A stretch of DNA of 64,000 bases from Callorhinchus milii (lineage: Eukaryota): positions 73,596,001 through 73,660,000 of the forward strand of contig NW_024704742.1 in the NCBI RefSeq assembly GCF_018977255.1, given 5' to 3'. Under the pieces are notes generated by a model, which was given only the letters and a program-made list of their open reading frames with translations, was not told the DNA's origin and made no database searches. This document shows positions 26,476 to 40,699 of the stretch, one piece after another. The stretch's first letter is position 1. Each line of letters starts with the position of its first letter. Made by a program: the position numbers and the translations under genes.

Positions 26476-27699
26476 AGCTAATACTGTAATTGCTGACCTC
26501 CTGAACTCAGGTACATGCCCTCAGGATTCACTGCAAAGAATCTCCACCCTGCCACATGTTAGGTTTGTATTGCAAGTGCACAACAAGAATTAAAGTTCAG
26601 TTTTCAAACACATCATCTGGTTTGTTGTGTTCAGTGATGTGTAAACATATTCTAATGTGCCTGAGTTAGTATTCAGATCCAATTCCATCGTACTTCATCC
26701 TGCACCAAACAACCTCAGCAGAATTGACCAAATATCATTATGGATTTGCAGTGACTCTTGTCACAGGAAGTAGCAGAAAGGAATGGCAAGGCACGGAAGT
26801 AAAGCAATGAGAAGTTATTCATGAATGAACTAATGAAGAGGAGCTGTCGCTTCTTGTCAAGCGAGGTTCAAATAAATGAGTGTTAACAGATCACATAAAT
26901 CACAAGGAAGCTGAGCACAGCACCTAACAGCTGAGCTACTTTGAGCAGAATGCAAAAGGAGCAAGTGTTCAATAATTAAAGCTGTACGAAATGTGCAGTA
27001 GAAAGCCCTGACTGAAAAGCACAACCGTACACTTCCACTGTTCACTTGCAAGTAGTCCAGTATTTCTATTCTGACAGGTGAAAATATATTACAAACCCAT
27101 ATCACACCAGTAACATTCTTCACATTAGGATTTGGGATCGGACAAAAAAGTTAATTCAGTCTGTCAAATGTGGGGTTTGTCCTGACACAAGACATGGGGT
27201 GTAAGAGAAAGTTTTCCCTGATGAAATGGAAAGCTTTCAATTGCACAGCCCCTTGTTCCTCCTATTGAACAGGATTTTTTAAAAAATATATATTTTTCAC
27301 CAAGTATATTTGGTTCAATGGTGTTCTACAAGATTCAGGAACTCTCTTGAGTTGAGGGGTAACAACAACAACAACAAAATTACATTTGTGGTAATAAAAA
27401 TTAATGGATGCCATTCCAGTTACAAGGTAGTCACAGTTCAATGAAGCTCTAAATTATGTTGGTAACTAATTAACTATTTATTATCAGGGGAAATTTCAAC
27501 AGCAGCTGCTTAGTCAGGGATTCAGGGTTTGGAGGGAAGTCTGGAAGCATCTTCTGGAGCAAAATCCAGTTTAACACCCTGCACTGAGTGTTCCTTTCTC
27601 CACAAGCTCTAAATATTCCAGCCAAACTTTAATAATGAATGCTCGTAGAACAGTGGCCAAATGTCCTCCCTCAGGTGATAAAATGCTGCCTCTGCCCTC

Positions 27700-29035
27700 C
27701 CAATCGCCGCTCCCTGTGCTCACAGCATGGAAACTCTCTGGTCAAGGTGACAAACAGCATTTTGTCCATCTGTGACCAGGGCTCCCTCTACCTCCTCGTC
27801 CTCCTGGATCTCTCTGCTGCCTTCGAGAACGTGGACCACACTATCCTCCTCCACCACCTCTCCTCTCACCTGAAACTTCAATGTTCTGTCTTTCAATGGT
27901 TCAGGTCTTATTTCTCACAATTGTCTCCGCCAACGGTTTCTCTTCCAGGCCCCGCACAGTCTGTGCTGTGTTCCTCAGGGCTCTGTCGTTGGTCCCCTCC
28001 TCTTCAATCTCTATATGCTCCCCCTTGGTGACATCATCCGCAGGCATGGGGTCAACTTCCACATGTATGCGGATGACACCCAACTCTATCTTTCTGCCTC
28101 CACCCTCAACTCCAGGACAACTGATGCCCTGACAGACTGTCTGTCAGACATTAAGTCCTGAATGAAAACCAATTTTCTTCAGCTGAATCTCAGCAAGACT
28201 GAGGCCCTTCTGATTGGCTCACACCAGTGCCTCAGCATCTCAGGCACTGGCAGCATCAGCATCCATGGATACACATTCCACCTCACCAAGCCAGTCAGGA
28301 GCCTGGGCGTCTTGTTCAACCCTCATCTGTCCTTTCTCCCCCATATCCATGCCATGACCGGGTCTCCCTTCCCACACTTCCACAACATTGCCCGACTCCG
28401 CCACTGCCTCACCCCTCAGGCCGCCAAAACCCTCATATGCACATTTGTCACCTCAAGGCTCAACTACGGAAACTCTCTCCTTGTCAGCCTTCCCAAATCT
28501 TCCCTACACAAGCTGTAGATCATCCAGGACTCTGCAGCTCATGTCCTCTCCAGCACCAGGCTCAGCGACCCCATCAGCCCCACCCTCACCTGGCTCCACT
28601 GGCTCCCCATCCCTCAGAAGATAGAATTCAAATTCCTCGTCCTCACCTTCAAGGCCCTCCACGGCCCCTTCCGCCCTACATCTCTGACCTGCTGACCCCT
28701 ATCAACCTGACCGCTCCCTCCACTCAGCAGGCTCCGGCCTTCTCCAGGTCTCCAACCCGACCTGCCCTACCATCGGTGGCCAGGCTTTCAGCCTCTCTGT
28801 CCCCACCCTTTGAAACTCCATCCTACAATCCCTTCACCTTGCTCCCTCTCTTGCCTCCTTCAAGGCACGACTTAAGACGTTCCTTTTTGACCATGCCTTC
28901 AGCCATCCTCCTACCTCTCTGCCCTCCCTCAACCCAACCCTGCCCCTCACACTCGAGTCCTGATCCCTGACTGTTCAGCACCTTGGAATGTTCCTCCAAC
29001 GTGAAAGGCACTTTACAAATGTAGTTTTGTTGTTG
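27700..29035 (+). mobile_element. L2 LINE, 5'-truncated
   Basis: [22 protein letters not shown]; cacatgtatgcggatgacacc (YADD) at ~28060; MKTNFLQLNLSKTE; tail ending ttgttgttg. Confidence 0.9.
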
Positions 29036-29084
29036 TCACCTGACACAGGCTGCCACCTAAGTGAGAAATACCTCTCTCTTCAAT

Positions 29085-31115
29085 ACATAGACAAGCACAT
29101 CGACATTCCTTGGCTCACAGAAACCTGGCTGTGTCTGGTGACCTTTTCCCCCTGATTGAAGCTGCTAAATGATCACCTTTTGGCAACCCTCAACTCCCTT
29201 GCCCTCCTGAAATCTACATCTGTCTCCAAATGTACCCACTTCACCTGGTATAACAGTCACCTTGGCTCCCTCAAAACCAAAATCCATCCATCCATCACCT
29301 CCTCCACTCACCCCCTCCCCAAGCTTCCTCCACCGTCACGTCAAAGGTCAAGTGTGAAGAGGTCCTAGATTTCTTCATGTCAAAGATTTAAAATATCCAC
29401 TTGGCTGCGCCCCCCCATGACTTACACCACCCCCTCCTTCAGTAACGGCCCCTACCACTCCCCCCTACCTACACTCCTTTGTCCCAATTACTCCCTCTCA
29501 ACCACCTTCTCCCAGGTGAAGTCCACCATCTGTTGCCTCGACCCCTCCCCACCCAGCTGCTGGTCACCCAACTCCCCTTCCTCTCTTCACTGCTGGTCAA
29601 CACAATCAACAGTCACTCTCCTCAGGTTCCGTTCCTCTCCCTCTTAAAACCAGTGGCATCACTCACCTTCTTAAAAAAACCACCCTTGATCCCTCCAACC
29701 TTACAAATTACCGTCCCATTTCCAACCTGCCCTGCCTCGGCAAAGCGCTGGAATGCGTTGTCGCTAACCACCTTTGCTCTCACCTCTCCTTCCATTCCCT
29801 CCTAGAGCCACTCCAGTCTGGTTTCAGCCCTGCCCATAGCACAAAGGCAATCGTCAAGGTCACAAACAATGTCCTCTCTCTCTCTGACAAGGACTCCCAC
29901 TGCCTCCTCATCCGCCTGGACCTCTCCACTGCGTTCAACACAGTTGACCATGCCATCCTCATACACCACTTCTCCACCCTCATCCATCTTAGTGGGACTG
30001 CACTAGCCTGGTTCGAATCCTACCTAGCAAACCACCTTCACTTTGTCTCTTCAAACGGTTTATCCTCCCCCACCCCCCGCCCAGTCATCTGTGGTGTATC
30101 CAAGGGCTCCATCCTTGGCTCCATCCTCTTGCTCATCTACATGCTGCCTCTTGGCAACGTCATCCGCAGACATGGGGTAAACTTCCACATGTATGCAGAT
30201 GACACGCAAATATACTTTACCTCCTCCAGTACCAACTCCAGGTCCGCTGGTGTTCTGTCGGCTTGTCTGGCAGACATCGGAGCCTGGATGAGTGCAAATT
30301 TCTTACAACTATACGTCGACAAGACAGAAGCATACTCTTTGGTTCCCATCAATGTCTTCTGTCCTGCCGCTCTGACCTCTTAACCTCCCCAGCCTATCCC
30401 TCAGACTTACCAAATCAGTGCGCAACCTAGGCATCAGGTTCGACTCACAGCTGTCCTTCCTTTCTTAAATCTGGTCCTTGACCAGGAACATCTTCTTCCA
30501 CCTCCGCCACATTGTCCACCTCTGACTGTACCTTACCCCAGATGCAGCCAAAACACTCGTTCATGCGTTCGTCACCTCCTGACTCAGCTTTTCAAATGTT
30601 CTCCTCATTGGTCCCAATTACTCCACCTGCACAAGATCCAGCTGATCCAAAACTCCATCACCACATACTCACCCGCACTAAACTCCTGTACTCCGATCAC
30701 ATCAGTTCTAGCCAAGCTCCACTGGCTCCCTCACCGAACAGCTTGATTTCAAGATCCTCACATTCATTTTCAAATCCCTTCATGCCCTGGCACCTCCTTA
30801 CCTCTCCAATCTACTTATCCCCCAACCCACTACCCACTGCCTCTGCTCAACTGGCTCTGGCTTTCTGCATGTCCCTCTTGGCCTCCGTTCCACCATTAGT
30901 GTCCGTGTTTTCTGCCATTGCACCCCAAAACGCTGGAACATTCTTCCTCTACACCTCCACTTTGCCCCTTCCTTCCCCATCTTCAGATTGTGACTGAACA
31001 CCTTCCTCTCATGTTCCAGTCACGTCCCCGCGGCTCAGCATTGTGGTTTGCTGTCAAGCTCTCTGGAACACTACCCTGCATGAGGGGGCTATATAAATGC
31101 AAGTTGTTGTTGTAG
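29085..31115 (+). mobile_element. L2 LINE, internally deleted copy
   Basis: ORF 30129-30383 [27 protein letters not shown]; tail ctatataaatgcaagttgttgttg at ~31089-31112. Confidence 0.9.
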
Positions 31116-31129
31116 ACCTTACAGTCTAA

Positions 31130-31430
31130 ACTGCCACTCCAATGTGCTACTGTAGGTGCAATGAATTGTCAGAGGTGCCATCCTTCAGCTGAGATGTGAT
31201 GTTAAATCGAGTTCCCACTTGCCTGTTCAAGTTAAAGATACCATGACACAATTTGAATAGACAAGGTAATTTCTCCCCGTGTCCTGCCCAATAATCCTCC
31301 AGATAAAATTATTAATTCACTTCACAGTTGTTTGTAGAACTTTGCTCTGTGTAAATTGGCTACATATAAAGTCACTATACGTGACAGCAATACCTGTGAG
31401 TGCTCGCAGACATTTTGACATTATCAGGTG
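31130..31430 (+). mobile_element. SINE family B fragment
   Basis: gtcagaggtgccatccttcag.tgagatg..gttaaatcgag..gcctgttcaagttaaagataccatgacac. Confidence 0.65.
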
Positions 31431-32044
31431 AAATATATCAACTGCAATGATTGTTATACTAATATTTGTTTTATGTAATATGAGAGCCATAGGCAAGAAT
31501 ATTCGATTTGACATTTTTGTGATTTGGAAGAAAATGAAACAGGAAAGCCGTTCAGTGTGGTACTCAACGGCTCAAGTTAAAAAAGATACAAGTTAAAAAT
31601 TAGGAATTTTGAATCAAGCTGAACAATATTAAATGTGCTAAATTAACCTCAAAGTGTCACCTTATCTCATTCACAGATTTGCTGTGAATCATCCATGCCA
31701 CAATGGTAAGTCGAGGGTAAAGGCAATTTGGGCATAGCATAATGCTATGCAGAGCAGATGGTTACAGGTTCAAATATTCAGCACGGACTAGATGAAAACC
31801 TATTGAGGTGCTGCTATTGGCCTCAGGGCCCTGCATTAAGGAAATGAAAATTGCAAGACTTTTTGCTCCAGATTCCTGCTCCAGATTACTATCCAGAGAT
31901 TCCTCCTGGAAGGTGATCGTTGGATGAGGACCATGTGGTTCTGTCGACTTCACATCATCGATTAGTATATTATGACAATTGGCTGTGCAGGTTGACAGAG
32001 CACTTGGTCCTCACATACTGTGACTACTGACAGTGCTTATATGG

Positions 32045-32852
32045 GTGTTATCCTCTCCCACCTTGTCCATCCCTTCCTCTAACGCTAACTGCAAGGTGAT
32101 GCTGGACTTCCTTGAAGCCAAAGTCGAGGGTATCCACTCAGCTGTCTCTGGCCTTCCATCCACTAACCCCCCACCACCCATCTACTCTACAGTGCTCTGC
32201 CACTGAAGAATAGTTATGAAGTAGAAGCCGCTGAGACCCTCATACATGTATTCATAACATCCAGGCTTGATTTTGCAAACACTCTGCTTGTTGGTCTCCC
32301 CAGCTCCTCGCTCCATAGGCTGCAGATAATCCAGAACTCTGCATCCCATGTTCTCTCCCACATCAGGCTCTGTGACCCTATCACCCCCATCCTCACCCGA
32401 TTCTACTGGCTTCCCATCACACAGAGGATGCAGTTAAAGATCCTGGTCCTCACCTTCAAAGCCCTCCATAGTCTTGCTCCCCCTATACCTCTCCGACAAC
32501 CTAACCCCCTCCCATCCTGCCTGCTCCCTCCACTCAGCAGGCTCTGGGCTGCTTCATATCCCCCGCCTCACCCACCCCGCCATTGGTGGGCGGGCCTTCA
32601 GCCACTCTGGCCCCACCCTCTGGAAGTCAATCCTACGTCTTTCTACCTCATCCCCTCCTTGCCTCCTTCAAGACCTGTCTCAAGACCCTCCTTGACTGTA
32701 CCTTTGATCACCCTCCTTCCCCCCTGCCCTCCACCCTCCCCAATCCCGACCCCCAGCTCGGGTTCGAAACACTGATTATCCAGGACTTTGGGACATCCTC
32801 CCAACATGAAAGATGCTATGCAAATGTAATTTAGTGATTATTGTTGTTGTTA
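32045..32852 (+). mobile_element. L2 LINE 3' fragment
   Basis: SRLDFANTLLVGLP-type region at ~32255-32300; tail ggacatcctccaacatgaaagatgctatgcaaatgtaatt..gttgtt. Confidence 0.85.
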
Positions 32853-33439
32853 CCAGTTCACACCAGCAAATCTGAACATTCAGTGCACCTCCATTGATTT
32901 TGATCTGTGGCATGTCCCTCATCCATTGTTAGGGTGTACCTTTGTATTCTCTGACAGCTTAGCACCACACTGAGGACTCTCTTCATGAAATACATATTTT
33001 GGATGTCTGATGTTGATTTTCCATGCCCAGAGAATTAGATGTCCTTCAGTGTCTTATCACTGCCCTTTGAGATAATTATCTATTCTGGGTAGATGCAGTG
33101 GAGCTGTGTGAAGACAGCTCATCTGTAGAAAACATGAAGAACATAATTATTTTCCAACCCTTTGGAGCCAGAGCTACTTTAAGCTAACCTCACAATATAA
33201 AGGTCAAATGACTCATTTTCAGTTATTAGGCAAAAGTTATTCAGGTGAGAAGTTTACATAACTTTTAAGTAATTAACTATGTGGACGACTTACCTTACTG
33301 CTCTTGGGAAGCTAACACAGACTTTGATGGAAAATAGCTCTTTTTTAAGCTTGGTTATAAATGGGCAAGTTTTCTTCAGGATTGCTTGAGGTGACAAAAT
33401 GCCCATAGCTCACTATGTTCAAAGGTTCAGATCAATGAA

Positions 33440-33810
33440 AAGCGTATTGGTTAGAGCATTGGCCTCGCAAACAAGAGGACCTGGGTTTGATTCCTGGGCA
33501 GGAAATTCCTGAGCAAGTTTTCTCACTTCACATGCCTCTGTTTTCCTAGAAGTAAGTAGGAGGCCGGTTGTTATTTGAATGGCAGATCACTTTTCCAGGG
33601 GTAATAATCCATTCAAAAATTAAATAATAATAACAATTTGGTCACTCAATCCATGGCTATTTGTGGGGTACTGCTGTGCGCAATTGTCTACAGAGTTTTG
33701 CTCACAAAATATACAGTCAATTCACGTCACAGTATATTCTGTGAAGTGCTTTGAGACGTCTCGAAGACATGATAAGATGTTATATCAAATGCAAGAATTA
33801 TTATTGTTAT
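33440..33810 (+). mobile_element. tRNA-type SINE family A
   Basis: B-box-like gggtttgattcct, CORE-like segment, shared tail ending gcaagaattattatt. Confidence 0.85.
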
Positions 33811-34019
33811 GGGACTTGAGTTAGATACTCCCAGTTTGCTGCATGTGAAGGAATAAGCTCTATCTTTTTGACAATACATTTCTCAACATGCATCCAAGTA
33901 GGGATAGCCTGTGAAACGCTATGTGGAGCCCTTTTTTTTTAACTGATTCAATAAGATTACATTGAATATGTTATGAAATGTCACAATTTTACCCTCTCCC
34001 AAATGTATTGCTTGGTACC

Positions 34020-37000
34020 TGATCGCTCGCTCCCGGTCTCTGCGTGCACGTTTTGGCTGCCACCCTGACCCGAGCTCCCCCTCCACTCTAAATGTCTCTC
34101 CTCCCAACCCCCTCTATTCGTTACTCCCACTCTGTCCTTCCCTCCCACCGCCCCAACCTTCTCTCTTTCCTGGACCCCATCACCACTTCCCTCTGCTCCA
34201 GCCTGGGCATCCTCCACAAGGCCCATCGTGGCTACAGGCACTGGCTGTCCCAGAGCAGCAACCCCAAGTGTCCCATCATTCACCCCCTCTGCACAAACTA
34301 CCTCCTTAAGGCAAACACAACTTCCCCCTCCCTCATGTGTACCCTCCCCAACTCTCCCCCACCCCGGACACCACAGCCATCTCCTCTGTACACCGAAAAA
34401 TCCTCTCTGTATCACCCTCTCCTCCCTCTCCTCCCACCAGCAAACCCACCCACATTTCCCTTCAAAATGTCGGTTCCCTCACAAACAAAGCCCTCACCAT
34501 CCATGACCTCATCCTGGACGAGCACCTTGACATTCTTGGGCTCACCGAAACCTGGTTCTCCCCCAATGACCCTGTCCCCCTAGTTGAAGCCTCCGCTCCA
34601 GGCTACACCTTCCACCACACCCCCCCGTCCAAGCCAACGTGGCGGCAGCATGGCCTTCATTTCCAAAGCCTCCTTTGGTCTTAACCCCTTACTCCTCTGG
34701 CTGCTTCCCCTCCTTCGAGCACCGCACCCTCTTCCACCCCTCTCTCCCACTGAAAATCCTGCTAGTCTACCGCCCCCCCCCTAAGCCCCTCGGCTCCTTC
34801 CACACAGACATCTCTACTCTCCTCTCTTCCCTGTCCCTCTGCTCCGAACGCCTGCTCATAATGGGTGATTTCAACCTCCACTTAAACTCCCCTTGCACCA
34901 CTTCTTCTGACTTCACTGCCCTCCTCTCCTCCCTAAAGCTCACCCTTCACATTAACTCATCAACCCACAACCGTGGTCATGCCCTTGACCTCATTATCAC
35001 CCACAACCTTGACATTTCCAACCTTAGCATAGTGACAAGACCATCTCGGACCACTTCCTCATTTCCTTCTCCTCTCACGTCCCTCTCTCCTCCACCAAGC
35101 CCTCAACCATTCTCTACCGCCCATGGAAAAGGCTACCCCCTGAGATCCTCACAAAGGCCCTCACATCCTCAAATATCCTATCCCTCTGGCCTTCCACCCA
35201 CAGAGATCCTGAAGCAGTGGTCCAGCTGCTCCATGATCACCTCTCCTCCACCTTCAACTCCCTCGTTCCCCTGAAATCCAGGAGCATCTCCAAACCTACC
35301 CGATTTCCCTGGTATAACATTCATCTCTGCCACCTAAAAACTCAAACCCGGCTGCTCAAGCGCAGATGGCAGAAAACTGGCCTGACAGTTCACCGCCAAC
35401 TTTGGCTCGAGCTTCTCCACAGCTACCGCTGTTCCTTGACGTGCACAAAAATGGCCTTCTACTCCAACATCACCTTGGAGGCTAAAAACAATCCCAAAAT
35501 CATTCTTTCCACCACCCACTACCACCTCCGTGCCCCCCCTCAGGCCTCCTCAATCTTCACATCCAATGCCAAGTGGGAGGAGGTCATGGACTTCTTTTCA
35601 TCCAAAATACACAACATCCGCCAGGCAGCCTCATCCACCTGCCTATTGTCATCCACCACCACGCCCTCTCTATCCCCCTTACCCTCCCCATCATCTGCTC
35701 CTACCACCATCCCCATCCTACATCCCTTTCTCCCCATCTCTCCTTCCTCCCTCTCACCCACCATCACCTCAATGAAACCCACCACCTGCTGCCTCGATCC
35801 CCTCCCCAGAAACTTGCTGGTCACCCAGCTCCCCCTCCTCTGCCCACTACTGGCTGATGTCATCAACCAGTCCCTCTCCTCCGGATCAATCGCTGCCCCC
35901 CTCAAAACTGCTGTCATCACCCCCTCCTCAAAAAACCTTCCCTAGATTGCTCAAACCCCAGCCATACCATTCTATTTCTAACCTGCCCTTCCTCTCAAAA
36001 GTCCTAGAACGCGTTGTTGCCAATCAACTTCGCGCACACCTCTCTTCCCACTCCCTCATCGAACCCCTCCAGTCTGGTTTCCGCCCACAGTACAGAGACT
36101 GCACTTGTGAAAGTCACAAACAACATCCTCTCTATCTGTGACCAGGGCGCCCTTTGCCTCCTGGACCTTTCCGCCGCTTTCGACACAGTCGATCACGCCA
36201 TCCTCCTCCACCGCCTTTCCTCCGTCATCCACCTCAGTGGGAACGCACTCGCCTGGTTCGAGTCCTAACTCATGAACCGCCAGCAGTACATCTGCACAAA
36301 CGGCTTCTCCTCCCGCCCTCACTCGGTTACCTGCGGGGTACCCCAAGGATCCATCCTTGTCCCCCTCCTCTTTCTGATCTACATGCTCCCTCTTGGGGAT
36401 GTCATCCGCAGACACTTCTGTACACTTCCACATGTATGCGGACGACACCCAACTCTATTTTTCCACCTCACTTTGCGACCCCGGTCCCCTGATGTTCTGT
36501 CAGGCTGCCTGTCAGACCTCAGGGGCTGGATGAGCGCAAATTTCCTTCAGCTGAATGTTGACAAGACGGAAGCCATACTCTTTGGCTCTTGGTCAACGTC
36601 TAAAATCTCACGGCTCTCACCTCCTCCACCTATCCGACCTCCCCCTAAAACTCTCCGAACCCGTACGCAACCTAAGCGTCATGTTCAATCCCCAATTATC
36701 CTTCCTCCCCCACATCCAGTCCCTCACCAGCACCGCTTTCTTCCACCTCCGACCCACCGCCTGTCTCCGCCAATACCTCACTCCAAAAGTTGCTGAAACC
36801 TTGGTCCATGCCTTTGTCACATCTCGGCTGGACTACTCTAACGCCCTCCTCGCCGGTCTCCATCGACTACCATCCATAAAATCCAGGTCATACAAAACTC
36901 TGCCGCCCGCATTCTCACCTGCACAAAACTCAGCTCCCCGATCACCCCAGTCCTCGCCAGACTGCACTGGCTGCCTGTCCCAGAGAGGATCAACTTCAAG

Positions 37001-37152
37001 ATCCTCAGCCTCGTATTCAAGTCCCTGCAGTCCTCTGCACCGCCCTACCTCTCTAACCTCCTCTCTCCTCAAATCTGTACCCTTTGCCTTCGTTCCTCCG
37101 GGTCTGGCCTCCTCCTTGTCCCCCGAGTCCTCCACTCCACCCTTGGCGGCAA
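34020..37152 (+). mobile_element. L2 LINE, near-full-length single-ORF type (APE + RT), frameshifted, 3' tail missing
   Basis: APE: ISLQNVGSLTNKALTIHDLILDEHLDILGLTETW (34337-34684) and LLVYRPP..IMGDFNLH..THNRGHALDLII (34639-35274). [35 protein letters not shown], tatgcggacgac (YADD, ~36436), SRLDYSNALLAGL. Confidence 0.93.
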
Positions 37153-38424
37153 CGTGTGTAGTGTGCTCCAGGCCACTTTGCAGGCTGAAGAAGGAGAGAT
37201 CTGGAAAACTTGAATTTTAACCTGGAGTGTCAATCAAGAATAGTCAATGAATAGTCTCCTAATATGGTGCCACTTACTGTGACAAAGAGCTGCGTAAGTA
37301 GATTGTAAAGTTTACAGAATATCTTGTGTGATTGAGAACTCCAATATTGCCTTTGATTTTCAGTGAGCAGTGAACTGCAATCTTCTTTAAGAAGTATTGA
37401 TGTCACTCTGCCCTGATCTTTCTCATTATTGATTCACACATACTCCCCATGTATCAATCCTTTGGCTCAATATGTCAGAATTCCAGCAGCGTCCTTTACC
37501 TAATTTGCTGCTTTGGATTTTCATTTGAACTAGTCGATTGTTTTGTGTTGATTTTTTTTTCTTGGTGTTTCTTCTTTTCCTGGAGATGCTTCTTTCAAAC
37601 ATTTTCAGACCAAATTACAGTTGTAATTTTATTTTCTGTTATTCTTTTTATGATTTAAGTACTTCCATCCATTGAAGGATATTAAAAAGATCATCATAAA
37701 TAAGAATAGATTATTTGACCAGTTCAACCAACCCACTCCTAACGCATTTGTGAACAATTTCATAGGATCACAAAAGAGGTTTGGATAAACTCATCCTTCC
37801 AGAAAGCACAATGCAAATGCTGTACCTGAGAACACAGTATAGACGATGTATTGAGAACATGATACAGACATTGTACTTCAGTGGTTCACAAAAAATACAG
37901 ACACTGTACTGAGAGCACAGTACAGACAACCACGATTTGCATTCATATAGGATCCTTCACAAAGGCTAACATCTCAGAGCTCTTAACAATGGTGTCGTTT
38001 GACAGTGAGCCAGAGAGAAAGGAGGTGACCATTGGCAAGAGGAAGAAGAAAATCCTCAGGTACAATATGAAGATGGGCAAATTGAGGCAGGGAATTCCAG
38101 AGTCAATGCACCTGAGAGCACCATAATTTACCCTTTTGTTGATCAAACGCTAGATTTCAGCTCTAAGCCGGCTGAATAAAAAGCTTCAGGCTCTGAGAAG
38201 TGCTTAGTTGAAGTCTTGAAGTCTTTGTTCCTTTTGTTAAGATTTAATGATAATGAAATCTCTGCTGTCAAACACAGCAATCTTAAATTGCTTGGAGCTG
38301 ACAAGTTGCAAGTTATCAGTAGATTCACCTGCCATTGGAAACTCTGGCTTTCAATCTTGTGGTTGCTTTGAAATCAGAATTTCAGACAATCGTAATATTT
38401 CTCCCCTTCATCCTTTGGTTGAGA

Positions 38425-38612
38425 TCCTGTTCAGTGGATGTTAAAGATTCCATGGCACTATTTGAAACGAGAAAGGAGTTTCTCTCAGTGTCCTGGCCAA
38501 CAATCCCCCAAACTCACTCTATGGCTGATTGTAGGACATCACTATGTGTAAACTGGCTGTGGCATTCATGCACAAAATGCACAGTCAATCCACTTTACAG
38601 TAAATCCAGTGA
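38425..38612 (+). mobile_element. SINE family B fragment
   Basis: cctgttcagtggatgttaaagattccatggcactatttgaaacgagaaaggagtttctctcagtgtcctggccaac. Confidence 0.75.
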
Positions 38613-38614
38613 AC

Positions 38615-39250
38615 AATAACCACAACAAAATTACATTGGTGTAGCACCTTTCTCACCTGGAGGATGTCCCAAGGCGCTGGACATTGAGGGTTTCGGACCT
38701 GAGCTGGGGGTCAGGATCGGGGAGGGTGGATGGCAGGGGTGGAAGGAGGGTGACCAAAGGCACGCTCAAAGAGGAGGGTCTTGAGATGGGTCTTGAAGGA
38801 GTCAAGGGGACTGCGGGATGGAGAGTGTGTGAGAGTGGCAGAGCCAGGTGATATTGGGTAAGTGGGGGATGGCAGAGCAGGTCATGGCACGGATGTGGGG
38901 TAGAAAGGATAGTTGAGGGTCAAATAAGATGCCAAGGTTCAGGACCGGCCTCGGTCTTGTTGACGTTCAGCTGTAGAAAGTTAACTCTCATCCAGCACTT
39001 GATGTCTGACAGACATTCTGTCAGGACAGCAGGTAGTCCTGGAGCCGAGGGTGGAGGCAGAGAGGTAGAGTTGCATGTCATCCACATACATGTGGAAGTT
39101 GACCCCATTTCTGCGGATGATGTTACCAAGAGGGAGCATGCAGATATTGAAGAGGAGGGGACCAAGGACAAAGCCCTGAGGAATGCTGCACAAGACGGTG
39201 CGGGGGCTAGAGGAGAAACTGTTAGTGGAGATGAAGTGGAGACAGTGAAG
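38615..39250 (-). mobile_element. L2 LINE, multiply deleted copy
   Basis: ORF 38981-39253 IPQGFVLGPLLFNICMLPLGNIIRRNGVNFHMYVDD; L2 tail at 38615-38700. Confidence 0.88.
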
Positions 39251-40039
39251 CACTTTGAGACTCTCAATGACATGATAACATGCTATATCAAAGGCAAGGA
39301 TTATTATGAATTATTAGCAGCAGAGAACAATGAGCTAGCAGCAGCTGATAAAAATACTTAGCCTGATATTTTATGTGCACCTGCAGCCAAGGTTTTACAA
39401 TATCATCTTCCATCTGCTTCGGAACAAAGTCCTATTGACGTATTAAGAATTACATTCATACAGGCAGAGTGAATTGAGAAGATATTTAATGCTTAAACCA
39501 AAACTACTTCCCATTCCAAAGAGAGCCCTGGATCAGAATTCCTGTATATATTCTAGCCTTCTTAAAGTGACGGCGTCATAAATTGATTTTGATCTATATA
39601 ATGTTTACCTTACAAAAGAGTAGGCCAGCTGTCATGTTCACCTACAAAATACACAGTCACTACACTTTACTGTAAATAATAATAATCCTTGCATTTGATA
39701 TATAGCCTTATCATGTCTTTGAGACTCCTCAAAGTGCTTTCCTTGTGAAGTGCTATGAGACACCCTCCTGATATGAAAGGCGTTATATAAAATTAAACAT
39801 TATTATTATCTTCCTCTTACCTGTAATTAAAAACATGAACTATGTTTTTAATTACAGGAACCTTGAAATTAATATGTTAACATTATCAAGAGAGCCTAGT
39901 CATTTGCTTATCATATGACAAGCACTGATGTGATAAAATGTAATATCAGCCACATATATTCAGCTTGAATTTGTCTCTTATAAAGTCTGCTCTTTGTTCT
40001 TGAACCTTTGTCAGTTTGACAGCTTATTTTTTGGATCAA

Positions 40040-40600
40040 CTTTATCAATCCCCTTCATAATTTTGAAAAATGTCATTTCAAGGACTTTCTATTCCAGTGA
40101 GAACAACTATCTTTAAACCTTGGATTCCTGAGACCAGAAGCATAAAATTCCAATGCAAGCTGGAGGGAAAAAAATAATTTTGTTGAAGACAATCTTGCCT
40201 ATTGTTTTCCATTGCTCCTAGTACAGAGGAACCACCCCAATAGCACCACATAAAGTATACAAATCCTATGCAGATGTTTGAAAACACTAAAACAAAATTG
40301 AGTTCCCACCTCTACGCCATTTACTTTCAGCTGGAAGAATTCTATTTCACTGGTCTCATCTTCCAGTGCCTTAAACAGTGCCGGAAATTACTTTTGTGAT
40401 TTGTATTCTGCTCCTTGTAATCCAGTGCCTTGTTCTTTTTCACTTGAGGCTGACGGTTTCATCAATTTATCCACAATAAACTTCAAATCCCTTTCCTGAT
40501 CAGGATGCTGTGTGATGGTTCTATTCAATACACACTTCTCACTCTCCTCATTTTGATTCCTTGCTCACTTAGCTACACTGGGCTCTAACATGGAATATTC
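40040..40600 (-). mobile_element. Old CR1 relic
   Basis: Minus strand reads QERDLKFIVDKLMKPS and EYKSQ..LFKAL, resembling the CR1 RT C-terminal region. Confidence 0.5.
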
Positions 40601-40699
40601 ACACTGGGATACGTAAATATTGAATCCAGACAAGAATTAGGTGTGAGTCACTCTGTTCCTACATGTCCAGAAGGAGATTGCAGTGTAAGCGGTTACTCA

